Shown here: positions 45,117-55,504 of the stretch, piece after piece | Numbering within the stretch: the stretch's first letter is position 1 | Layout: each line of letters begins with the position of its first letter | Source: Geobacteraceae bacterium GWC2_53_11 | GTDB lineage: Bacteria; Desulfobacterota; Desulfuromonadia; Geobacterales; Pseudopelobacteraceae | Assembly: GCA_001802645.1 (NCBI GenBank) | Contig: MGZJ01000041.1 | Span: forward strand, 83,422 to 147,421 | DNA length: 64,000 bases | Direction: 5' to 3' | The notes under the pieces: generated by a model | The model's database searches: none | Told to the model about the DNA's origin: nothing | What the model saw: only the letters and a program-made list of their open reading frames with translations | Program-made: the position numbers and the translations under genes

Positions 45117-47123
45117 ATGAAAAAACTGAATCCCCCACAACAACGCGCCGTCAACACCACCGAAGGCGCCCTGCTGCTCCTGGCCGGAGCCGGCTCCGGC
45201 AAGACCCAGGTCATAACCACCCGCATCGTCCACCTGCTCAAAGACCTGCACGTCCCGGCCGACAACATCCTGGCGGTCACCTTTACCAACAAGGCCGCCA
45301 AGGAGATGAACGCACGCGTGCTCGGCATGGCCGGTCAGCTGGCCAAGGGAATCGTCATTTCAACCTTCCACTCCCTCGGCGTCCGCATCCTGCGCCGTGA
45401 CATCCGGGCACTCGGCTTCAAGCCGAATTTTTCCATCTACACGACGTCGGACCAGGCGGGAGTAATCCGCCAGGCGGTGCGCGAGCGGGACATCGACCCG
45501 AAAAAAATCGATCCGGACCAGATCCTCTGGAAAATATCCGGACTGAAAAACCGCCTGATCGGACCGAAAGAGTTCACCCCGGACCGGAACGATCCGCTGG
45601 AGATCGCCGTCGCCGCCGTCTACCCCCGTTACCAGGAGCTGCTGAAGGGATTCAACGCCATCGACTTCGACGACATCATCATGCTCTCGGTGCGAATGCT
45701 CCAGAACACCCCGGCCATCCTGACCCACTGGCAGGAGCAGTTCCGCTACATCATGGTGGACGAATATCAGGATACCAACGCCTCCCAATACCTGATGATT
45801 TCGCTGTTGTCCAAAAAGCACGGCAATATCTGCGTCGTCGGCGACGACGACCAGTCCATCTACGGCTGGCGGGGCGCCGAAGTACAGAACATCCTTAACT
45901 TCGCCCAGGACCATCCCGGCTGTGTCACCATCAAGCTGGAGCAGAACTACCGTTCCACCGGCGCGATCCTGGAAGCCGCCAACAGCGTCATCAGGAACAA
46001 TCCGGTGCGCACTGACAAGGCACTCTGGACCTCCGGCGGCAAGGGGAGGGAAATAGACCTGATCGTGGCAGACAGCGAAGAGGACGAGGCGGCGAAAGTC
46101 GTCGAACAAATGATCATGGAGCAGTACCGCGACAAGTTGAGCTGGTCCGACCTGGCGATCCTGTACCGCTCCAACGCCCAGAGCCGGGCCTTCGAAGAGA
46201 AACTGCGCATGGAGCAGATACCGTACGTGGTAATCGGCGGCCAGCAGTTCTACGAGCGCAAGGAGGTCAAGGACGCCATCGCCTATCTCAAGGTGATCGA
46301 CAACCCGGACGACGAAGCGTCACTGCTGCGCATCATCAACTTTCCCCGCCGGGGGATCGGTGACACGACCCTGATCAAGCTCAACCAGTGGTCGATGAAA
46401 CATAACGTGCCGCTCTTCGAAACGCTTGGCCGGGTGAATGAAATTGAGGAGGTTTCCCCGTCATGCCGGAAAACGGTACTCGGCTTTCATGCCATGATGA
46501 AAGAGGTCATGGCCGGTTTTACCTCCCTCAACATGGGAACTCAGGTCAACACACTGTTTAACAAGCTCCGGATCGAGGACGAATTGTACCGCACCCTGAA
46601 CGATGCCAAACAGGCGCGTAAACGGATCGAGAATATCGAGCAGGTGGTCAACTCGCTGGCCGCCTATGAGGCACAGACTCCCCGCGCCACCCTGTCGGCG
46701 TTCCTTGAACGGTTATCGCTGATGGATGAGGACAAGCCGGCTGAGGACGGCAAGGAACACGGCACCAACGCGGTCACCCTGATGTCGCTCCACTCCAGCA
46801 AAGGGCTGGAATTCAGCCACGTCTGGCTGGTGGGGATGGAGGAAAACCTTCTGCCGCACAAGCGCTCAATCGAGGAAGACCCGACCGTGGCCGAAGAGCG
46901 CCGACTCTGCTACGTCGGCATTACCAGAGCCCGAAGATATCTGACCATCTCCCGCTGCATGACTCGCCGCAAGTACGGCGCGGTGGAGGGGCAGAAACCG
47001 AGCCGCTTTCTGGCTGAAATTCCGGAGCATCTGTTGAATGGCTCTGTCGGCGGCAGCGAGGGAGATGCTGCGGAGCCGGTTGACCTGGCGGCGGATTTCT
47101 TTGCCCGGATGCTGGGGGAGTAG
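45117..47123 (+). CDS. UvrD/PcrA/Rep-family ATP-dependent DNA helicase
   Basis: LNPPQQRAV...LLLAGAGSGKT, IMVDEYQDTN and VVGDDDQSIYGWRGA. ORF 44952.. trimmed to ATG 45117. Confidence 0.9.
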   Translation: MKKLNPPQQRAVNTTEGALLLLAGAGSGKTQVITTRIVHLLKDLHVPADNILAVTFTNKAAKEMNARVLGMAGQLAKGIVISTFHSLGVRILRRDIRALGFKPNFSIYTTSDQAGVIRQAVRERDIDPKKIDPDQILWKISGLKNRLIGPKEFTPDRNDPLEIAVAAVYPRYQELLKGFNAIDFDDIIMLSVRMLQNTPAILTHWQEQFRYIMVDEYQDTNASQYLMISLLSKKHGNICVVGDDDQSIYGWRGAEVQNILNFAQDHPGCVTIKLEQNYRSTGAILEAANSVIRNNPVRTDKALWTSGGKGREIDLIVADSEEDEAAKVVEQMIMEQYRDKLSWSDLAILYRSNAQSRAFEEKLRMEQIPYVVIGGQQFYERKEVKDAIAYLKVIDNPDDEASLLRIINFPRRGIGDTTLIKLNQWSMKHNVPLFETLGRVNEIEEVSPSCRKTVLGFHAMMKEVMAGFTSLNMGTQVNTLFNKLRIEDELYRTLNDAKQARKRIENIEQVVNSLAAYEAQTPRATLSAFLERLSLMDEDKPAEDGKEHGTNAVTLMSLHSSKGLEFSHVWLVGMEENLLPHKRSIEEDPTVAEERRLCYVGITRARRYLTISRCMTRRKYGAVEGQKPSRFLAEIPEHLLNGSVGGSEGDAAEPVDLAADFFARMLGE

Positions 47124-47208
47124 AGGTTCGACATAATCGTAATCTAAATTTTCATTTGGACGCATATAACTCTTTCAATCAGACGACAAATAATTTACAT
47201 TTATCCGC

Positions 47209-48465
47209 ATGATAAACATTCCTTTATATCCCCGCCATATTCAGCCACGGCTACTTGAGGCATTGGCAGACAGCCCGGTTGTACTGGTGCATGGCCCCCG
47301 CCAGTGCGGCAAGAGCACACTGGCACGAACCGTGGGTGATGGCGCCGGGTATACCTATATTACCTTTGATGACGACGTATTGCGTGCTGCTGCCACGGCA
47401 GATCCGGTCGGGTTTACCGGCGATCTTGGCAGCAGGGTTATCCTTGATGAGGTACAGCGTGTTCCCGGGCTGTTTACCTCCATCAAGGCGGCGGTTGACC
47501 GCGACCGCACACCGGGGCGCTTTATCCTTACCGGTTCGGCCAATGTCCTTCTATTGCCCAACCTGGCCGATTCACTGGCCGGTCGAATGGATATTTTACG
47601 CCTGCATCCACTGGCGCAGACGGAACTGGCAGGAAATCTGCCCGGTTTTCTGGATACTTTGTTTCATGGTGGTTTCAAGGCGGCAGCTCATCAACGGCTG
47701 GGCAGAGAGCTTGCTGAGCGGATTGTGGCAGGGGGGTACCCATCAGCATTGACGCGCTCATCATCCCGCCGCAGAACCGCCTGGTATCGCGACTATATCG
47801 AGACCTTGGTGCAGCGGGATGCCCGGCATTTGGCTCGTATCAGCGCTATGGATACGCTGCCCCGCCTACTTACCTTGGCTGCTGGACAGACCGCCAGATT
47901 GCTGAATGTAGCCGATCTGAGCGCACCGTTTCAACTCAGCCGCCCAACCATCCGCGAATATGTTACCCTGCTCTCCCGCCTCTTTCTGCTAGAAGAACTT
48001 CCCCCTTGGCATAGCAACCGCTTGAGCCGTTTGATTAAGACCCCAAAACTACACCTCGGTGACACAGGCGTTGCCTGTGCACTATTGGGCTTGAATGCTG
48101 AAACACTGGCCAGCGACCGGACGCTTTTGGGACAACTTCTGGAAAGCTTTGTCTTTCAGGAACTGCGCCGTCAGGCAAGCTGGCATGAAGAACCGGTGAC
48201 GTTCTATCACTTCCGGGACAAGGACGGTGTTGAGGTTGATATTGTTCTTGAGGGAGATGGGCAGCGTCTGGCCGGGGTAGAGGTAAAAGCTTCGGCCACG
48301 GTCACACCGGCTGATTTCAAGGGACTGCGCAAACTGAAGGAAGCAACTGGAGAGCGTTTTGCCACTGGGGTGGTGCTATACGATGGAGAATCAACCGTAT
48401 CATTTGGTGAAAGTCTGTTTGCCGTACCGATCAGAAGTTTATGGGAAGTTGCAGTAAATTTATAA
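47209..48465 (+). CDS. AAA-type ATPase with DUF4143-like C-terminal domain
   Basis: P-loop HGPRQCGKSTL and Walker B VILDEVQRVP. The overall pattern is that of the AAA_14/DUF4143 family. Confidence 0.7.
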   Translation: MINIPLYPRHIQPRLLEALADSPVVLVHGPRQCGKSTLARTVGDGAGYTYITFDDDVLRAAATADPVGFTGDLGSRVILDEVQRVPGLFTSIKAAVDRDRTPGRFILTGSANVLLLPNLADSLAGRMDILRLHPLAQTELAGNLPGFLDTLFHGGFKAAAHQRLGRELAERIVAGGYPSALTRSSSRRRTAWYRDYIETLVQRDARHLARISAMDTLPRLLTLAAGQTARLLNVADLSAPFQLSRPTIREYVTLLSRLFLLEELPPWHSNRLSRLIKTPKLHLGDTGVACALLGLNAETLASDRTLLGQLLESFVFQELRRQASWHEEPVTFYHFRDKDGVEVDIVLEGDGQRLAGVEVKASATVTPADFKGLRKLKEATGERFATGVVLYDGESTVSFGESLFAVPIRSLWEVAVNL

Positions 48466-48522
48466 TGAGCGTTTGCAAAAACCAGACTAACCAGCCGCAA
48501 ATTCCAACTCAGGAGGTGCCGT

Positions 48523-49617
48523 ATGTCAAAGAGAATGAAGATTTGCATCAATACCGGCGGGGGTGACGCGCCCGGCCTGAATGCCGTCATCGAGGCGGTC
48601 ACCATGGCTGCCTACACCCGTCAATGGGAGGTCTACGGCATCAAATGCGGCTATACCGGCCTCCTGAACACCGACGAGATCATCACCCTGACTCCGGAGA
48701 AAGTCGACGGCATTGCCAGCGTCGGCGGCACTATTCTGGGAACAACCAACAAGGGCAACCCTTTCATGATGCCGGTATGCAATGCGGCGGGCGAATGCGA
48801 ACAGCGGGACGTTTCGGACAGGGTCATGGAAAACTTTAACCGCCTCCGTTTCGATGCCCTCGTCGCGGTCGGCGGAGACGGGAGCCTTGAGATCGCCCAC
48901 CGTTTTGCCGCCAAGGGTATGCCGGTGATCGGGGTTCCCAAGACCATCGACAACGACATGGGGGGCACCGTCATCACCTTCGGTTTCGATACGGCCGTCA
49001 GCATTGCCACCGAGGCGATTGACCGGCTCCACTCAACGGCCAAGTCCCACGACCGCATCATGGTGGTTGAGCTGATGGGGCGCAATGCCGGGTTTATTGC
49101 TCTCAACAGCGGTATTTCCGGCAACGCCGATGTCATTCTTATTCCGGAGATACCGTTCGACATCGACAAGGTCTGCGACAAGCTGATGGACAACGAGCTG
49201 CACGGCCATAAATACGGCATCGTGGTCGTGGCTGAAGGGGCGCTCCCAAAAGGTGGTGACGTCATAACCAAGGGTTCCGGAGAGGCCGGCCGACAGCACG
49301 TGGTTCTGGGCGGCATCGCCGAATATGTTGCCAAGGAGATCACCAAGCGCACCGGCAAGGACACACGCTCCATGGTACTGGGGCACCTGCAGCGCGGCGG
49401 TTCCCCCACGACCTTTGACCGCCTGCTGTCCCTCCGTTTTGGCGCCGCTGCCGTGCGCGCCATCGAACTGGGCAAGTTCGATCACATGGTGGCGCTGCAT
49501 TCGCCGGATATCGCCCTGGTTCCGCTGGAAGAAGCCCTGGGTGTGCAGAAACGTGTCCGGATCGACGGTGACACCGTGTTGACAGCCCGTGATCTCGGGA
49601 TATGTTTCGGAGACTGA
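48523..49617 (+). CDS. pfkA: 6-phosphofructokinase
   Basis: INTGGGDAPGLNAVI, VGGDGSL and PKTIDNDM. The donor-specificity residues are mixed (GGDG with PKTIDND), so ATP versus PPi is not assignable. Confidence 0.85.
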   Translation: MSKRMKICINTGGGDAPGLNAVIEAVTMAAYTRQWEVYGIKCGYTGLLNTDEIITLTPEKVDGIASVGGTILGTTNKGNPFMMPVCNAAGECEQRDVSDRVMENFNRLRFDALVAVGGDGSLEIAHRFAAKGMPVIGVPKTIDNDMGGTVITFGFDTAVSIATEAIDRLHSTAKSHDRIMVVELMGRNAGFIALNSGISGNADVILIPEIPFDIDKVCDKLMDNELHGHKYGIVVVAEGALPKGGDVITKGSGEAGRQHVVLGGIAEYVAKEITKRTGKDTRSMVLGHLQRGGSPTTFDRLLSLRFGAAAVRAIELGKFDHMVALHSPDIALVPLEEALGVQKRVRIDGDTVLTARDLGICFGD

Positions 49618-49641
49618 GCCACCCTCATCAAGGAGAACAGT

Positions 49642-51711
49642 ATGACCTCCTCTCTCGACACCGCCGCGTACGTCGCATCCCTGATGGCCATTGACAAATC
49701 CACCCTCCCCGCCGACGGCGGGGAGCGCTTCAACCGCCTCATCTTCGCCCGCTCCCCCTACCTGCTGCAGCACGCCGAAAACCCGGTCGCCTGGTACGAA
49801 TGGGGCCCGGCCGCCTTTGACAGGGCCCGCATCGAGAGCCTGCCGATCCTGCTCTCCATCGGCTATGCCACCTGCCACTGGTGCCACGTCATGGCCCATG
49901 AATCGTTCGAAGATGCCGAGGTTGCCGCACTGCTCAACCGGCATTTCGTCTGCATCAAGGTTGACCGGGAGGAGCGCCCCGACATCGACGATTTTTACAT
50001 GGCTGTGTCGCAGGCTCTGACCGGAAGCGGCGGCTGGCCGCTCAATATCTTCATGACCCCGGACAAGCGCCCGTTCATGGCCATCACCTACCTCCCCAAG
50101 CGGGGGCGGTCCGGTATGAGCGGCCTGATAGAACTGCTGGCCAACATTGCCACCCTCTGGCGGCAACGGCCGGACATGATCGAGAAAAATTGTCAGGGGA
50201 TCATGGAAGCGCTGGAGGGTTCGCGCAAGCAGCCGGACCGGCAGGAGTCGCTTGATATTGCAGCTTTGACCGACACAGCACTGACCCAGTTGCAGAAAAT
50301 CTACGATCCCAAGTACGGCGGATTCGGCGGGGCACCCCAATTTCCCATGCCGATCTATCTGAGCTGGCTGATTGAACAGGGAGGGGAAGCGGCGTTGGGG
50401 ATGGCGCTGCACACCCTGCGCCGGATGCGCTCCGGCGGCATCTGGGATCAGCTGGGAGGCGGGCTGCACCGCTATTCGGTTGATCAATACTGGCTGGCAC
50501 CCCACTTTGAGAAGATGCTCTATGATCAGGCCATGCTGGCACGGGTGGCGGTTGACGCCTGGCTGGCCACCGGCGACAACTTTTTCCGGGCCATGAGCGA
50601 GGATATCTTCGCGTTTGCCCTGCGGGAGCTTATATCCCCGCAAGGGGCGTTCTGCGCCGCTCTTGATGCGGATTCCGAGGGGGTCGAGGGGACCTTCTAC
50701 CTCTGGACCAAAAAGGAGATTAACGCCTGCCTTGGCCGGGATGCCGGGCTGTTCTGCCGCTTCCATGCCGTAACCGAGGAAGGGAACTTTGAAGAACGCG
50801 CCATCCTGACCGCTCCGGTCGTTCTGGAAGAGTTCTGCCGACTCAATGGGCTGAATTTCGAGGAAACTGCAGAAATCCTCAGCCGATGCCGTTCCCTTCT
50901 TCTGGAGCGGCGCGAAAGGCGCATCCGGCCGCTCAGGGACGACAAGATCATCACCTCGTGGAACGGCCTGATGCTGTCCGCACTTGCCACTGCCGGGATC
51001 GCATTCAACAACCCGGAATACATCTCCGCTGCCGACCGGGCGGCATCGTTCATCCTCGCCAATCTGCGCCGGCCCGACGGCAGGCTGCTGCGCAGCTATC
51101 TGAACGGCGCTTCGGAAATTCCCGCTTTCCTGGAGGATTACGCATTTTTGACCGGAGGTCTGCTGGATCTGTATGAGGCAACGCTTGACGCTCAATGGCT
51201 GAACGAAGCGCGTATTCTTGCGAATGATATGCAGCGCCTTTTCCGCGATTCCGCCTCCGGCGAATTCACTCTGACCGGCCACGACGCCGAGCAGATGCCC
51301 GCACGAGTATCATCCGATCATGACGGCGTGACCCCGTCGGCCCTTTCCCGTGCCGCCCATGCCCTCTATCGACTGGCCTGGATTGACGACACGCCGGAAC
51401 TGCTTGATGCCGCCCGGGCGGCGCTGGGTGGCATTTCTGACGACCTGCAACGTAATCCGCTCGGTCATCTGGGAGCATTGCAGGTACTGGCGCGGATTGA
51501 CTCTGAGCCGGCCATTGCCACTTTCAGTGGCGCGACCGGCACTCCGGCAGCATGTGCGCTCAATACCGCGCTTCACCGTCATTCCATCAACAATATGGTA
51601 ATCCGGTGTGAAGAATCAAGCGGCCTCCCCGTCCTCTCGCTCTGCGTGCCGGGCACCTGCTACCCTGCGATTTCCACGCCGGATGAACTTGAACGGCTTC
51701 TTAAACCATAA
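49642..51711 (+). CDS. Thioredoxin-domain protein of the DUF255/YyaL family (with (alpha/alpha)6-barrel domain)
   Basis: [18 protein letters not shown]...[16 protein letters not shown] is the DUF255 signature. 689 aa. Confidence 0.8.
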   Translation: MTSSLDTAAYVASLMAIDKSTLPADGGERFNRLIFARSPYLLQHAENPVAWYEWGPAAFDRARIESLPILLSIGYATCHWCHVMAHESFEDAEVAALLNRHFVCIKVDREERPDIDDFYMAVSQALTGSGGWPLNIFMTPDKRPFMAITYLPKRGRSGMSGLIELLANIATLWRQRPDMIEKNCQGIMEALEGSRKQPDRQESLDIAALTDTALTQLQKIYDPKYGGFGGAPQFPMPIYLSWLIEQGGEAALGMALHTLRRMRSGGIWDQLGGGLHRYSVDQYWLAPHFEKMLYDQAMLARVAVDAWLATGDNFFRAMSEDIFAFALRELISPQGAFCAALDADSEGVEGTFYLWTKKEINACLGRDAGLFCRFHAVTEEGNFEERAILTAPVVLEEFCRLNGLNFEETAEILSRCRSLLLERRERRIRPLRDDKIITSWNGLMLSALATAGIAFNNPEYISAADRAASFILANLRRPDGRLLRSYLNGASEIPAFLEDYAFLTGGLLDLYEATLDAQWLNEARILANDMQRLFRDSASGEFTLTGHDAEQMPARVSSDHDGVTPSALSRAAHALYRLAWIDDTPELLDAARAALGGISDDLQRNPLGHLGALQVLARIDSEPAIATFSGATGTPAACALNTALHRHSINNMVIRCEESSGLPVLSLCVPGTCYPAISTPDELERLLKP

Positions 51712-51849
51712 AAACCAGTGATGGCGCGAATTGCTTGACGGTTTTGGCATATGGCTGACACACTTGGAAATGTAATTTGCCAGCTACTCACCCGATATGA
51801 TATAGCTTTCAACAGCTATTATTTTGCCTCATCAGGAGTTTACACATTT

Positions 51850-52170
51850 ATGCTGACCGGAAAACAGAAACGCCATCTGCGCGCCCTCGGGCACAAGCTG
51901 AAACCACTCATCCAGATCGGCAAAAAAGAGATTGAAGAGGCTTTGATCGCCGAAGTCAATGTTTCACTCGATCACCACGAACTGATCAAGGTCAAGCTCC
52001 TTGAGAGCTGCATGCTGGACAAACACGAGGCGTCCGATGCCCTGGCCGAAGCATGCCAGGCCGAGGTCGCGCAGATTTTGGGCAAGACCTTCCTCCTCTA
52101 CCGTGCCGCCAAAACACCCGTGATCGTTTTCCCCAAACCCGACACCGCCAAAAAATCACCGGCAGCATGA
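51850..52170 (+). CDS. yhbY: YhbY-like CRM-domain RNA-binding protein
   Basis: MLTGKQKRHLRALGHKLKPLIQIGKKE... ORF trimmed to ATG 51850. Confidence 0.75.
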   Translation: MLTGKQKRHLRALGHKLKPLIQIGKKEIEEALIAEVNVSLDHHELIKVKLLESCMLDKHEASDALAEACQAEVAQILGKTFLLYRAAKTPVIVFPKPDTAKKSPAA

Positions 52171-52826
52171 TCATCCGGGCCGCCTTCTTCGATCTTGACG
52201 GCACCCTGGTTGACTCGCTACAGGATCTGACCGATGCCGTCAACCATATCAGGGGCGCCTTTTCCCTGGCACCGCTGAGCGAGGGCGAAGTGCGCCTGAA
52301 AGTCGGCAAAGGGGCCCGCAATCTGATCGAGCAGGTTCTGCCCGGCCATGCCGCCCCTGATATCAGCCGTGCGCTTGACCTGTTTCTGGAGTACAACGGG
52401 CAGCACATTGCCGACAAAAGCCGCCTCTATCCCGGTATTCCGGAAACGCTCCACGAGCTGGCCGCCCGCGACATCAGGATGGTGGTCATCTCCAACAAGC
52501 ATGAAGAGTTGAGCAGGCTGATCCTCCGCGAGCTCGGCATCCATGACCGGTTCGAAAACATCTGCGGCGGCAATACCTACCCGGAGTGCAAACCGTCTCC
52601 CCTCCCCCTGCTCAAAGAAGCGGAAAAACTGGGGTACGCGCCATTCGAGTGCGTCATGGTCGGCGACAGCATCAACGACATCGAAGCCGGCAAGCGGGCC
52701 AACATCACCGCGATCGCCTGCACCTGGGGCTATGGCAACCGGGACGAACTGGCCGGGGCCGACTGCTTTGTCCATACCCCGCTGGAACTGCAGGCAGCAA
52801 TTGCGGCGTGCGGTGTACCGCGATGA
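52167..52826 (+). CDS. HAD-family phosphatase (phosphoglycolate phosphatase-like)
   Basis: AAFFDLDGTLVDS and MVGDSINDIEAG. ATG 52167 overlaps the yhbY stop (ATGA). Confidence 0.75.
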   Translation: MIIRAAFFDLDGTLVDSLQDLTDAVNHIRGAFSLAPLSEGEVRLKVGKGARNLIEQVLPGHAAPDISRALDLFLEYNGQHIADKSRLYPGIPETLHELAARDIRMVVISNKHEELSRLILRELGIHDRFENICGGNTYPECKPSPLPLLKEAEKLGYAPFECVMVGDSINDIEAGKRANITAIACTWGYGNRDELAGADCFVHTPLELQAAIAACGVPR

Positions 52827-54562
52827 ACGGCTGGCACGGCAGAATACTCAAGGTTGACCTGACGACCGGCACCTCGCACATCGAGGAAATCCCCCGCACC
52901 CTGCTGGAAGAATACCTGGGGGGGCGCGGCCTCGGCGTACGGCTGATGCGCGACTACTACCACCTCGACCCGTTCGATCCCGACATGCCGCTGATCTTCG
53001 CCGTCGGACCCTTGTGCGGCACCCCTTCCCCTACCTCAGCCCGTTTGTCCGTTGTCTCCCGTTCACCGCTGACCGGCACCATTTACGACTGTTCCGCCGG
53101 AGGTCGCTTTGCCTGGCGCCTGAAGGCATCCGGCATTGATGCTCTGATGATCACCGGCAGAAGCCCCTGGCCGGTCATGCTCGCCATTGCCCCCGGCAAC
53201 GTCGAGATAATCCCTGCGGTGGCACTGTGGGGATGCGACCTTCCTGACACCTTTGCCGCGCTGAAGGAACGGGGCAGCGTGGCGGCCATCGGCCCGGCCG
53301 GAGAAAACGGCGTCCTCTTTGCCAATATCATGATGGGGGAAGGGAACTCGGTCGGCCGCGGCGGCATGGGCGCGGTCATGGGGATCAAGAACCTGAAGGC
53401 GGTAACGGTAACCGGCGAGCAGAAAACCAACATTGCCGACCCGGTACTGTTTGACAAGGCCCGCCAGGACATCATGCGCCTGTTCAAGGCATCGCCGGTG
53501 ATCTTCGGGCCCCTGGGAATTTCCGAGTTCGGCACTCCGGTGCTGGTCGATCTGATGGCACAGCGCCGCATGGCCCCGACGGCAAACTTCCGCAAGACCT
53601 TCTTCGAAAATTCCGGCAACTATTCCGGCCCGACGATAAAAGAAGCCTGCGGAGCAAAAAAAGACGGCTGCTACGGCTGTCCGATCCAGTGCAAAAAATC
53701 ATCCGGAGCAGGCAAGGCGCTGCCGGAATACGAAACCGTTTCCCATTTCGGCGCGCTGAACAACATTGACGCCCTGCACAGCATTATTAAATCGAATGAC
53801 CTGTGCAACGAACTGGGCATGGACACCATCACGGCAGCAGCCACCCTTTCGGCGTGGGGGGAAATCAGGGGCGTGTTTCCGACCGCCGAAGAGCTGCCGG
53901 GGCTGCTGAACGACATCGCCAACCGGCAGGGAGATGGCGAACTGCTGGCGCTCGGCTCGCGCCGTCTGTCGGAGCAACTGGGGCACCCGGAACTTTCCAT
54001 GAGCGTCAAATCGCTGGAACTGCCGGCCTACGACCCGCGCGGCGCCTACGGCATGGCGCTGGCCTACTGCACCAGCAACCGGGGCGGCTGCCACCTGCGC
54101 GCCTACCCCATCTCCCACGAAATCCTGCGCAAACCGGTGCCGACCGACCGTTTCTCCTTCTCGGGCAAAGCCCGTATCATCAGCATCGCCGAGGACACCA
54201 ACGCCGCCGTTGACAGTCTGGTCGCCTGCAAATTCGCCTTCTTCGGCGCCAGCCTGGAAGAGTACGCCGAGCTGCTGACCGCCGTCACCGGCATCGCCTA
54301 TTCGCCGCAGCGTCTGAAGGAGATCGGCAAACGCATCGTGCTGACCGAGCGCTTTTACAACTGCGCCAACGGTTTCTCGCGCAAAGACGATATGTTGCCG
54401 GAGCGGTTTTTCTCGGAGGCCGGGAGCAGCGGCGACGAGATCGATATCCATCCCATTGACCGGGTGCGTTTCGAGGAAGAGCTGGACAAGTACTATCGCA
54501 TTCGCGGATTGAATGGTGATGGCTGCTTTGATGATGGTGATTTTTTGGCAGGGCAGCCGTGA
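52823..54562 (+). CDS. Aldehyde:ferredoxin oxidoreductase family (tungstopterin) enzyme
   Basis: MNGWHGRILKVDLTTG..., and the sequence is AOR-like through the N and C domains (GCPIQC Fe-S ligand region). ATG 52823 overlaps the upstream stop. Confidence 0.85.
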   Translation: MNGWHGRILKVDLTTGTSHIEEIPRTLLEEYLGGRGLGVRLMRDYYHLDPFDPDMPLIFAVGPLCGTPSPTSARLSVVSRSPLTGTIYDCSAGGRFAWRLKASGIDALMITGRSPWPVMLAIAPGNVEIIPAVALWGCDLPDTFAALKERGSVAAIGPAGENGVLFANIMMGEGNSVGRGGMGAVMGIKNLKAVTVTGEQKTNIADPVLFDKARQDIMRLFKASPVIFGPLGISEFGTPVLVDLMAQRRMAPTANFRKTFFENSGNYSGPTIKEACGAKKDGCYGCPIQCKKSSGAGKALPEYETVSHFGALNNIDALHSIIKSNDLCNELGMDTITAAATLSAWGEIRGVFPTAEELPGLLNDIANRQGDGELLALGSRRLSEQLGHPELSMSVKSLELPAYDPRGAYGMALAYCTSNRGGCHLRAYPISHEILRKPVPTDRFSFSGKARIISIAEDTNAAVDSLVACKFAFFGASLEEYAELLTAVTGIAYSPQRLKEIGKRIVLTERFYNCANGFSRKDDMLPERFFSEAGSSGDEIDIHPIDRVRFEEELDKYYRIRGLNGDGCFDDGDFLAGQP

Positions 54563-54645
54563 ATCTGCTTTGACGCAAAGACGTATTGACTCCCACCTGC
54601 ACATTCTATAAAATATCCTATAATAAATAATAGAAAGGAGCCTAT

Positions 54646-54906
54646 ATGACGGTTTTAGCGCGTCAGGCAAATTTCATGATTCCCGATGACCTTTTGAATG
54701 ATCTAAAACAACTGGTTGGCATGCGTCAGCAAAGCCGGTTTGTTGCGGAGGCAATACGCAAGGAGCTTCAGCGCGAAAAGATGAAGAATGCCTTGAAGAA
54801 TAGTTTTGGCGCATGGAAAGATGAAGACCATCCTGAGCTGAAAGATGGCGTTGACCACTATGTCCGGAGCCAACGCAAATCTACCCGTCTGGATCGTACC
54901 ACATGA
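54646..54906 (+). CDS. vapB: Ribbon-helix-helix (CopG/VapB-type) antitoxin
   Basis: 86 aa containing ANFMIPDDLLNDLKQLV...SRFVAEAIRKEL. Overlaps the PIN gene start by 4 nt. Confidence 0.7.
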   Translation: MTVLARQANFMIPDDLLNDLKQLVGMRQQSRFVAEAIRKELQREKMKNALKNSFGAWKDEDHPELKDGVDHYVRSQRKSTRLDRTT

Positions 54907-55283
54907 GCAGCCTGCTTCTGGATACCGATATCCTTATCAACCTGCTGCGCGGCAATGTGGCGGCTCGGGATTTTCTTGCGGACAGTCTGGAAGAGCATGA
55001 GCTGTGTTGTTCGGTGATTTCCATTGCGGAGATCTGGACCGGTATGCGTCCGCATGAAGAGCAGGCAACGAGGAGGCTGGTGGACTCGCTCAAGATTGTC
55101 GAGATAAACCGGACAATAGCGGAGAAGGCAGGGAGTTTTAAAGGGACAACAAAAAGCCATGCCCTGGAACTGGATGATTGCCTGATTGCGGCAACCGCGT
55201 TTTGTACAGGAGCAACGCTGGCAACAGGTAATGGCAAACATTATCCAATGAAGGAAATACGCAAGGTCGTGGTGAAGATGTAG
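54903..55283 (+). CDS. vapC: PIN-domain toxin
   Basis: LLLDTDILINLL..., with conserved acidic residues (D, E, D) spaced as in VapC. 126 aa. Confidence 0.85.
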   Translation: MSSLLLDTDILINLLRGNVAARDFLADSLEEHELCCSVISIAEIWTGMRPHEEQATRRLVDSLKIVEINRTIAEKAGSFKGTTKSHALELDDCLIAATAFCTGATLATGNGKHYPMKEIRKVVVKM

Positions 55284-55418
55284 CAGATTAGCTGCTCACC
55301 TATCACTGTGTATGAAGACAGTGACCTGCCGTTTCAGGTTGATCTTGTTGAGTGGGCGGGGTCAAGTGAGGAGTTCAGGAAGGTGATTGCTGCGACGGCG
55401 AAGGTGCTTGGAGGCTGA
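55284..55418 (+). pseudogene. Possible remnant of a nucleotidyltransferase-type (MntA-like) gene C-terminus
   Basis: Open frame ...ITVYEDSDLPFQVDLVEWAGSSEEFRKVIAATAKVLGG* with no credible start or RBS. Resembles the C-terminal VDLV...FR..I tail of minimal nucleotidyltransferases. Confidence 0.2.
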
Positions 55419-55504
55419 GCGATAAAGCTATCTGTAGCACAGGTGGCGGCAAACACAGCGCGAATGGCTCATAATAACGAATTTGTCTAGTAGAAGGCTT
55501 TTAC

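Noticed and set aside
45117-48465. UvrD-family helicase plus adjacent AAA ATPase considered as a two-gene defence module
   Set aside because: The helicase has the full housekeeping PcrA/Rep motif set and normal GC content. The genes are separated by an 85-nt AT-rich spacer, and there is no nuclease or other effector.
49033-51282. 749-aa ORF on the minus strand
   Set aside because: It is antisense to the DUF255/thioredoxin-domain gene, which has clear family motifs (CHWCHVM). The antisense translation is Gly/Arg/Pro/Ala-rich with no motifs, which marks it as a typical shadow ORF of GC-rich DNA.
54586-54624. Sigma-70 promoter for vapBC (TTGACT...TATAAA / TATAAT)
   Set aside because: The spacer is 15 nt for the first -10 candidate, and there is no good -35 for the second. 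It is plausible but too weak to list as a feature.
53699-54670. 323-aa minus-strand ORF
   Set aside because: Shadow ORF opposite the AOR gene, with low-complexity composition.
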